Shown here piece after piece: positions 57,340 through 64,000 of a stretch of 64,000 nucleotides of DNA (position 1 is its first letter; each line of letters begins with the position of its first letter). The stretch lies in the NCBI GenBank assembly GCA_948466255.1, contig CAOJZV010000007.1, forward strand, positions 563-64,562, in the 5' to 3' direction. A program made the position numbers and the translations under genes. The DNA is from an uncultured Bacillota bacterium (GTDB taxonomy: Bacteria > Bacillota_I > Bacilli_A > RF39 > UBA660). The notes beneath the pieces are model-generated. The model saw only the letters and a list, made by a program, of their open reading frames with translations. It was not told the DNA's origin and searched no databases.

Positions 57340-58051
57340 CTTCTTTATATTTATTTAATACACTATCTATATTATTAATATGCAATTTATCTTTTTCTAC
57401 TAATTTTTTTACAGTTTCAGGTTTAACAACATCATATTTTAAGAATAAATCTAAAGTTTCTAAATTAAATTCATTAGTATTAGACTCACTATATTTATCT
57501 TTAATTTGTACAAACTCAGTAGCTATATCCACCGTTTTATCTGCAAAAATTGAAAGAACTGGTGTTTTTTCTAAAATAGGCTTAATCATTTTAGAATTAT
57601 TTAAAAATTCTGCTCCACTAAGTATAGGTAAAGTTAAAACATATAAAACCATAAATACAATAACATAATTTTTTATAAGCCCAAGTATAGCTCCTAATAT
57701 TTTTGATGGTAATCCCAAAATAATTGTAAATTTTAAAATAGTTTCAAAAACTGTAGTTGCCACCATTAAAAATTTAAGTAAAATTGTAAGTAACATAAAT
57801 ACTAACAAAAATGCCAAAACTTGATATACAGCAATATTAAGTACTGATAATCCTTTTATTAAACCAAAAAAATCAAAAAATGGTAAATACATCATCATAA
57901 AGTCACCAATTGGATTTTTTAAAAGAAATGCAACTATGATAATTACTATATATCCTACACAATTAACTACTGACTTTGTAAAACCTTGCTTCCACCCTAC
58001 AAAAGCACCTAATAATATAAAAACAATAATTCCTAAATCAACTATATTCAT
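57332..58051 (-). CDS. CvpA-family membrane protein with a C-terminal soluble extension
   Basis: The N-terminus MNIVDLGIIVFILLGAFVGWKQGF and four TM helices are typical of CvpA. rnhC/cvpA/trxA neighbourhood as in Bacillus. Confidence 0.65.
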   Translation of the reverse strand: MNIVDLGIIVFILLGAFVGWKQGFTKSVVNCVGYIVIIIVAFLLKNPIGDFMMMYLPFFDFFGLIKGLSVLNIAVYQVLAFLLVFMLLTILLKFLMVATTVFETILKFTIILGLPSKILGAILGLIKNYVIVFMVLYVLTLPILSGAEFLNNSKMIKPILEKTPVLSIFADKTVDIATEFVQIKDKYSESNTNEFNLETLDLFLKYDVVKPETVKKLVEKDKLHINNIDSVLNKYKEGE

Positions 58052-58156
58052 TATCTAGCCTCCTAAATTATTATATTACATTTACATATTTTTTTCAACA
58101 ATTCATAACTACCAATAACTATCATTGTAAATAACATCTATTTATGATAAAATGTA

Positions 58157-59137
58157 ATGGGTGATAACATGGCAAAAAATGAAGTACGCACAATTACATT
58201 AAAAGTTAGTGATAATACAAAAGAAAAAATGGTAGAATACTTTGCCGATAAAAAAAGAGAGAAAACGCCACCATATGCAGTATTTCAAGCTAAAGAAGCT
58301 GATACTATGGTTACTTTATATGAAAGTGGAAAAGCAGTATTTCAAGGCATAAGTGCCGATATAGATGCAAACATATGGATGGAAACAGAAAAACATTTAA
58401 ATCCAAACAAAAAATTAGAATTCAAAAAAGTTGATAATAATCCAAAATCAAAAGATAATTCAAGGCATTACAATGAAAAGCTTTATAATTGTACATCAAT
58501 CGGCTCTGATGAAGTTGGTACCGGAGATTATTTTGGACCAATCGTTGTAACTGCCGCCTATGTCACTAAAAAAGATATACCATTTTTAGAAAAATTAGGT
58601 GTTAGAGATTCAAAAAAAATAACTGATGAACACATTTTAAAAACCGTTCCAGAAATAATAAAACGAATATCATATTCTAGCATGATATTAAACAATGAAG
58701 AATATAACAATAAATATAATGAAAAAATGAATTTAAATGCTATTAAAGCTGTTTTACATAATAAAGTATTACTTGAAATGAATAAAAAACACAAGACACA
58801 TGATTATATTGTTGTAGATCAATTTACAGAACCATTCATTTATTATAAATATATAAATAATTTGCCTGAAGTTCAAAGAAACATAACTTTTGTAACTAAA
58901 GCTGAAGATCAATGTTTATCTGTTGCCTGTGCCTCATTAATAAGCCGTTTTATTCTAATTAAAGAATTTGAAAAAATGTCTAAAGAATATGATATGAAAA
59001 TACCAAAAGGTGCTGGAAATTTAGTCGATGAAGCAGGAGCAAAATTAGTTAATAAATATGGTGAGGATATATTAAGAAAAATAGCCAAACTAAATTTTAA
59101 AAACACAGAAAAAATAAAAGAATTAGCTAAAAACTAA
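58157..59137 (+). CDS. rnhC: Ribonuclease HIII
   Basis: N-terminal TBP-like DUF3378 domain. Catalytic GSDEVGTGDYFGP...DSKK...VDQF. The true start may be the ATG at 58169. Confidence 0.87.
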   Translation: MGDNMAKNEVRTITLKVSDNTKEKMVEYFADKKREKTPPYAVFQAKEADTMVTLYESGKAVFQGISADIDANIWMETEKHLNPNKKLEFKKVDNNPKSKDNSRHYNEKLYNCTSIGSDEVGTGDYFGPIVVTAAYVTKKDIPFLEKLGVRDSKKITDEHILKTVPEIIKRISYSSMILNNEEYNNKYNEKMNLNAIKAVLHNKVLLEMNKKHKTHDYIVVDQFTEPFIYYKYINNLPEVQRNITFVTKAEDQCLSVACASLISRFILIKEFEKMSKEYDMKIPKGAGNLVDEAGAKLVNKYGEDILRKIAKLNFKNTEKIKELAKN

Positions 59138-59149
59138 TTCTTTTTTTAT

Positions 59150-59330
59150 AAAGAAAAAGTCCAGAAGTGGACCTAACGATAAAAACCGGACTCAACCAGG
59201 TGGGCATCACATTATACATTTTAGGATCCTCACATTAAGTAAGTATTCAACACCATATATAAATTAGATTCCCTATCGCTAACTTGTAGGTTTTTGATAA
59301 CTGCCCTATCTTCTAGACAGTTATATTATA
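59150..59330 (-). ncRNA. Candidate structured RNA 'B': extended -10 promoter (TGaTATAAT), a transcript of about 170 nt and a terminator; no downstream gene on this strand
   Basis: -10 box at 59325-59330. Terminator GTCCA-CTTC-TGGAC plus TTTTTCTTT at 59150-59172. Contains GTGATGCCCACCTGGTTGAGTCCGG, related to RNA 'A'. Confidence 0.35.
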
Positions 59331-59376
59331 TCACATTTTAAATAAAATATCACTACTTTTGCCTAACTTTACATTA

Positions 59377-60180
59377 TTATTTTTTATATTCTTCTAAAAA
59401 ACTATGTTTTTCCTTATCTTTTATATATCCTGTGATTGTATTTAGGTTTACATTATTAGAAGAAGTAAATATACTTTTAAAGGCATCCTTATTATATTTT
59501 TCAAGCACTTTAATTAAGTTCTTCATTTCCAATCTTTTTCCGCCACTTTTTTTAGTAACTGAACATGCACAATCAATAAATTCAAGTTTATTATAATTTT
59601 TCCATGAAATAATATTATGTTCTCTAACTAAATATAAAGGTCTAATTAATTCTATACCTTCAAAATTATCACTTTCAAGCTTAGGCATCATACTAGAATA
59701 ACTACCATTAAAAATTAAATTAAGTAAAATAGTTTCTACTACATCATCCATATGATGGCCTAATGCAATTTTATTACACCCTAATTTTTTCGCATAATCA
59801 TATAAATATCCTCTACGCATTCTTGCGCATAAATAACAAGGACTTTCGCTAGTATCTGCGACTTTAAAAATAGGTGTTTCGAATATATGTGCATCTATTT
59901 TCATTAATTTAAGATTTTCTTTTATTTTATTTATATTTTCTTCTGCATAACCCGGATTCATAATAATAAATTCTAAATCAAACTTAAAAATACCATGTCT
60001 TTGTAGTTCTTGCATACATTTAGCAAGTAAAAATGAGTCTTTTCCCCCACTTATACAAACGGCAATTTTATCGCCTTCATCAATAAGTTCATAATCTTTA
60101 ACCGCTTTTACAAATTTACTCCAAATCTCTTTACGGTATTTTTTAATAATACTTTTTTCTATTTCACGGTATCTTTCCAT
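59377..60180 (-). CDS. PP-loop ATPase of the TtcA/tRNA thiolation family
   Basis: CISGGKDS PP-loop. SPCYLCARMRRG and FIDCAC cysteine motifs. Start at the ATG after AGGTGG. Confidence 0.7.
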   Translation of the reverse strand: MERYREIEKSIIKKYRKEIWSKFVKAVKDYELIDEGDKIAVCISGGKDSFLLAKCMQELQRHGIFKFDLEFIIMNPGYAEENINKIKENLKLMKIDAHIFETPIFKVADTSESPCYLCARMRRGYLYDYAKKLGCNKIALGHHMDDVVETILLNLIFNGSYSSMMPKLESDNFEGIELIRPLYLVREHNIISWKNYNKLEFIDCACSVTKKSGGKRLEMKNLIKVLEKYNKDAFKSIFTSSNNVNLNTITGYIKDKEKHSFLEEYKK

Positions 60181-60230
60181 ATAAACCACCTGACAATAAT
60201 TATACAATAAAAAGCATAGAATTTCTATGC

Positions 60231-61955
60231 TTATTTTAATTTAATATGAAGTTCGTCTAATTGTTTAGTTGATACTTCGTTAGGAGCTTCTGTCATCAAA
60301 CAAGAAGCACTTGTTGTTTTCGGAAAAGCAATAACATCTCTAATATTGTCAGTTCCACTTAAAATCATCGTAAGTCTTTCTAATCCTAAAGCAAGTCCAC
60401 CATGAGGAGGTGCTCCAAAAGTTAAAGCATCTAATAAGAAACCAAACTTTTCATAAGCATCTTCCTTAGTGAATTCTAAAGCTTCTAAAACTTTTTCTTG
60501 AACTTTAGGATCATGTATTCTTATACTTCCTCCACCAACTTCATAACCATTTAAAACAATATCATAAGCTCTAGCTAAAGCATTTTCCTTATCATCTAAA
60601 TTATCTACATCAGCTGGATGTGTAAATGGATGATGGCAAGAAATATATCTACCTTCTTCTTCGCTATATTCAAACATTGGAAAATCAGTAACCCAAAGGA
60701 AATTGAATTTATCTTTATCTATTAAATCTAAATCTTTTCCAAGTTTTAACCTTAAAGCACCTAAAGAAGTTTTAACCATCTTTCTTTCACCAGCAATAAT
60801 TAAAATTAAATCATTATCTTCTAGATTAAGTTTTTCTTTTAAATAATCGCTAGTTTCAGCATCTACAAATTTCGCAATACTTCCAGTAAATTCACCATTA
60901 TATTTTAAGAAAGCAAGAGCATTTGCTTTATAAGTCTTAACAAACTCTGTTAATGCATCAATATTCTTTCTAGAATAACTGTCTACAGCATTTTTAACCA
61001 CTAAGCAGTTAATTATGCCATTACTATCAATAACATTCTTAAATACCGTAAAATCAGTATTTTTAAACCCATCAGTAATATCATTAATTGTCATATCAAA
61101 TCTAGTATCAGGTTTATCACTACCATATAAATCCATCGCATCTTTATAAGTCATTCTCATAAACGGTGTCTTAATATCCATATTTTTTGCCTTTTTAAAT
61201 ATATGAGTAAGTAATCCTTCAGTTAAATTCATAACATCTTCTTCATTTACAAAACTCATTTCTAAATCTATTTGCGTAAATTCTGGTTGTCTATCGGCAC
61301 GTAAATCTTCATCTCTAAAACATCTAGCAACTTGATAATATTTTTCAAAACCACTCATCATAAGTAATTGTTTAAATAATTGTGGTGATTGTGGTAAAGC
61401 ATAAAAACTACCTTTATTCACTCTAGATGGAACTAAATAGTCTCTTGCCCCTTCAGGTGTAGATTTACACAAAATAGGTGTTTCTATTTCTAAAAATTCA
61501 TTATTATTTAAATATTCTCTGGCTGCCTGCATTACTTTATGTTTCATTACTATTTTATTTTTAAGTTCATCACGTCTTAAATCTAAATAACGATATTTAA
61601 GTCTTGTATCTTCTAAAGCTGTTGTATTATTTAAATCAAAAGGAAGTTCTTTAGATTCGTTTAAAATTTCAATATCATTTACAATAACTTCAATTTCACC
61701 AGTTTTTAAATTATCATTTGAATTTTGTCTTAAAGCTACTTCCCCTACTACTTTAACAACAAATTCATTTTTAAGTTTTAAGGCATTTTCATAAGCAGGA
61801 CTTTCAGGATTAATAACTAACTGAATAATTCCACTTCTATCTCTTAAATCAATAAAAACAAGTCCACCTAAGTCACGTTTTTTACTAACCCAACCATTTA
61901 AAGTAACAGTTTCGCCTACGTTTTCCTTATTAAAATTTGTATTATTTACTTTCAT
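60231..61955 (-). CDS. aspS: Aspartate--tRNA ligase
   Basis: OB-fold N-terminus (LNGWVSKKRDLGGLVFIDLRDRSG). Class II motifs FRDEDLRADRQPEFTQID and GGLALGLERL. Confidence 0.96.
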   Translation of the reverse strand: MKVNNTNFNKENVGETVTLNGWVSKKRDLGGLVFIDLRDRSGIIQLVINPESPAYENALKLKNEFVVKVVGEVALRQNSNDNLKTGEIEVIVNDIEILNESKELPFDLNNTTALEDTRLKYRYLDLRRDELKNKIVMKHKVMQAAREYLNNNEFLEIETPILCKSTPEGARDYLVPSRVNKGSFYALPQSPQLFKQLLMMSGFEKYYQVARCFRDEDLRADRQPEFTQIDLEMSFVNEEDVMNLTEGLLTHIFKKAKNMDIKTPFMRMTYKDAMDLYGSDKPDTRFDMTINDITDGFKNTDFTVFKNVIDSNGIINCLVVKNAVDSYSRKNIDALTEFVKTYKANALAFLKYNGEFTGSIAKFVDAETSDYLKEKLNLEDNDLILIIAGERKMVKTSLGALRLKLGKDLDLIDKDKFNFLWVTDFPMFEYSEEEGRYISCHHPFTHPADVDNLDDKENALARAYDIVLNGYEVGGGSIRIHDPKVQEKVLEALEFTKEDAYEKFGFLLDALTFGAPPHGGLALGLERLTMILSGTDNIRDVIAFPKTTSASCLMTEAPNEVSTKQLDELHIKLK

Positions 61956-61956
61956 A

Positions 61957-63228
61957 CTATTCCTCACTTAATTTTTCATCAAAAAACTCTACAATATTTT
62001 CTAATTTTACTTTAAATTCTTCTTTTGTATTATTATTTTTAATAGTTATAATTTTATTACTAACTTCATCTTTGCCAATAATGATAACAAATTTAGCTTC
62101 TAATTTATCAGCATGTTTAAAATTATTTTTAATATTTCTATCTTTAAAGTCCATATCAACATTAAAACCATTTAATCTCAAATTATTTACTAATGATAAA
62201 ACATAAGTTTTTTCTTCTTTATCCATCGCAAAAGCATAAATATCTAAATTTTCATCATCAGTAATATCAATTTGTTCCGCTTCTAAAGCAAGTAATAATC
62301 TTTCAATTCCAACTGCAAATCCGACTCCAGGTGTACTAGGACCACCAACAGTTTCTACTAAATTATCATATCTTCCACCGGCACCTAAAACATTTTGACT
62401 ACCAAAACTTTCAATTTCTGAAGTAACTTCAAATACTGTATGTGTATAATAATCAAGCCCTCTAACTAAATTGCTATCACAAACATAATCTATTCCCATC
62501 ACATCTAAGTATTCTTTTACTTTAGCAAAGTGTTCTTTACTAGAGTCATTTAAATATTCTTCTATTTTAGGAGCATTTTTTAAAATATCACTTTTGCCGT
62601 CGACTTTACAATCTAAAATTCTAAGTGGATTTTTAGAATATCTAGCTTTACAATCATCGCATAATTCATCTAAATGTGGTTTAAAATAATCAAGTAAAGC
62701 CTCTCTATAAGCTATTCTAGATTCAGTATCACCTAATGTATTAATATTAACTTTAATACCCTTTAAACCAAGCATTTTAAATAAATTAACTACTATACTA
62801 ATAACTTCTGCATCAAGCATAGGATCATTACTTCCAAAAGCTTCTACACCAAATTGGGTAAATTCTCTATTACGCCCAGATTGTGGTCTTTCATATCTAA
62901 ACATAGAACCAAAATACCAAGCTTTTAATGGACCTGCATCAACATATAATTTATTTTCAATAAAACTTCTAACAAGTCCAGCAGTTCCTTCAGGTCTTAA
63001 AGTTAAATTACGATCACCACGGTCTTTAAAATCATAAGTTTCTTTACTAACAATATCTGTAGTTTCCCCTACACCCCTATGAAATAATTCGCTAGATTCA
63101 AAAATTGGAGTTTGAAAATACTTATAATTATATTTATCCATTAAAGCTCTAATTAATTTTCTTAAAAATAATATTTGCTTACCTTTTTCTCCATAAATAT
63201 CATAAGTCCCTTTAGGTTTTTGTATCAT
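61957..63228 (-). CDS. hisS: Histidine--tRNA ligase
   Basis: KGTYDI, LRPEGTAGLVR, YFGSMFRYERPQSGRNREFTQFG and GGGRYD. hisS-aspS operon order as in Bacillota. Confidence 0.96.
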   Translation of the reverse strand: MIQKPKGTYDIYGEKGKQILFLRKLIRALMDKYNYKYFQTPIFESSELFHRGVGETTDIVSKETYDFKDRGDRNLTLRPEGTAGLVRSFIENKLYVDAGPLKAWYFGSMFRYERPQSGRNREFTQFGVEAFGSNDPMLDAEVISIVVNLFKMLGLKGIKVNINTLGDTESRIAYREALLDYFKPHLDELCDDCKARYSKNPLRILDCKVDGKSDILKNAPKIEEYLNDSSKEHFAKVKEYLDVMGIDYVCDSNLVRGLDYYTHTVFEVTSEIESFGSQNVLGAGGRYDNLVETVGGPSTPGVGFAVGIERLLLALEAEQIDITDDENLDIYAFAMDKEEKTYVLSLVNNLRLNGFNVDMDFKDRNIKNNFKHADKLEAKFVIIIGKDEVSNKIITIKNNNTKEEFKVKLENIVEFFDEKLSEE

Positions 63229-63318
63229 TTTATCACTTCCTATACCTATTTAAAATTATATGTGTTTTCACTTTAAAAGTCAATAAAAGCAGGGCATTTA
63301 CCCCACTTTTAATTCTAT

Positions 63319-64000
63319 TTATTTTCTAGCTTCAATAGTAGAAGTTCTAGCCACTCTATATTCTTCTATTTCCCTTTGATCAACTATTGTTTTAATACAT
63401 GCTTTTTTAGCCATGTAATCATCAACACCAGGATAATCTTGTTTATATTGTTTCACTAAAGATTTAAATCTAGTTAATTCATCCATAGATAAATCCAAAT
63501 CATTAATATATTCATTAAGTTCATATTCATCCATTTTTTCAATTATATTAACAGGTTTTTCTTGATAAATAGGTTGCATAGGTTCAGTAATTTTATCTGA
63601 TTCAAGACTAATTACTTCAGGTTCTAATATATTTGGTTCTATAGAAATAGGCTCTACAATTTTATTAGATTCTATAGCATTTTCATTCCCAGTAACTAAT
63701 GAAGGTTTAACTAAATCAACATCATTTACCATAGATTTTAAAACTTCTTTAGAAGCTGTAAATTCATCAATTCCACGGTCCTTCATATAATCGTTTACAC
63801 ATTTATTAAATTCATCAAGATTATCTTTAGTTAAAGTTAAACCTAAATAATCCTCTAATTCATTTTCGTTCATATTATCAATTTGATCAATGATATCTTT
63901 AGTGATTTCATGTAATTCTTCACCAAATGAAACTTCATCCATAAGCCATTTTATTGGTTCAGAAGTAGCTTCATTCATAATATCTTCTACAAAATTATCA
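63319..64000 (-). CDS. Acidic hypothetical protein with an internally duplicated helical module; the 5' end may lie outside the window
   Basis: ORF 63319..63978 from the first ATG. The frame stays open to the window edge, so the N-terminus is uncertain. No motif recognised. Confidence 0.45.
   Translation of the reverse strand, partial: DNFVEDIMNEATSEPIKWLMDEVSFGEELHEITKDIIDQIDNMNENELEDYLGLTLTKDNLDEFNKCVNDYMKDRGIDEFTASKEVLKSMVNDVDLVKPSLVTGNENAIESNKIVEPISIEPNILEPEVISLESDKITEPMQPIYQEKPVNIIEKMDEYELNEYINDLDLSMDELTRFKSLVKQYKQDYPGVDDYMAKKACIKTIVDQREIEEYRVARTSTIEARK

Noticed and set aside
59150-59260. A 30-codon ORF (MYNVMPTWLSPVFIVRSTSGLFLYKKRISF) in RNA 'B' as a type I toxin-like hydrophobic peptide related to the 39-codon ORF in RNA 'A'.
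   Set aside because: The only shared residues (V-M-P) derive from the common GTGATGCCCA decamer, and the rest is unrelated. The ORF runs through the terminator into the rnhC 3' region. An RNA-level explanation seems more economical, though it cannot be fully excluded without data.
1-64000. CRISPR arrays, rRNA or tRNA genes, insertion sequences and prophage modules.
   Set aside because: Scanning both strands by eye showed no regularly spaced direct repeats, no GGTTCGAATCC-type T-arm sequences, no rRNA-like conserved blocks and no transposase or phage structural ORFs.

Overview
Very AT-rich, standard-code (TGA is a stop, TGG encodes Trp) chromosomal segment from a low-GC Bacillota endospore former; spoIIM and spoIVB are both present. 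About 60 real genes are tightly packed. Left third, mostly + strand: ftsW/rodA-like gene (5' truncated), comEA-comEC, dnaG-sigA-trmK, an orphan pilC/pilD pair, ydbS/ydbT-like PH-domain proteins, queH, a polysaccharide deacetylase, uppP, holA, rarA, xerD, guaD, an alkD-like gene and zupT. Centre, all - strand, about 23.7-48.6 kb: a large cell-surface glycopolymer region. It comprises mnaA-tagA, then mnmA and spoIIM as housekeeping interruptions, then a 17-gene block. The block holds a Wzx flippase, four GT2, one GT4 and one GT14 glycosyltransferase, three large polytopic membrane proteins, an AT3 acyltransferase, an SGNH protein and a CDP-polyol module (IspD/TarI-like + SDR + LicD). It also holds a UbiA-type polyprenyl-phosphate phosphoribosyltransferase, and it is headed by a secreted 5x ricin-lectin/GH25 muramidase. 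Right third: spoIVB, galE, a CDP-alcohol phosphatidyltransferase, a rhomboid protease, rluD, lspA, a DUF1016 nuclease, trxA, cvpA, rnhC, a ttcA-like gene, aspS-hisS. No rRNA, tRNA, CRISPR array, transposase or prophage was seen. Most noteworthy non-obvious signals: (1) a 31-bp promoter-like box, AAGGAAWW-N13-CGTATATTA, present three times, upstream of comEA-comEC, dnaG-sigA and the DUF1016 nuclease, suggesting an alternative-sigma (sigma-H/ComX-class) competence regulon. (2) A pair of promoter-plus-hairpin elements of about 90 bp with compensatory stem changes, bracketing a phage-polyvalent-protein-like orphan gene. (3) Two promoter-to-terminator RNA candidates sharing a GTGATGCCCA motif, one directly upstream of a second PBECR-like nuclease-fold gene. 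(4) The UbiA-type transferase paired with a possible GT-C protein, which implies lipid-linked pentofuranose decoration in a Firmicute. (5) A 450-bp intragenic duplication with a 281-bp perfect core inside the lectin-lysozyme gene. All functional calls are from motif recognition and synteny by eye; no database search was possible.
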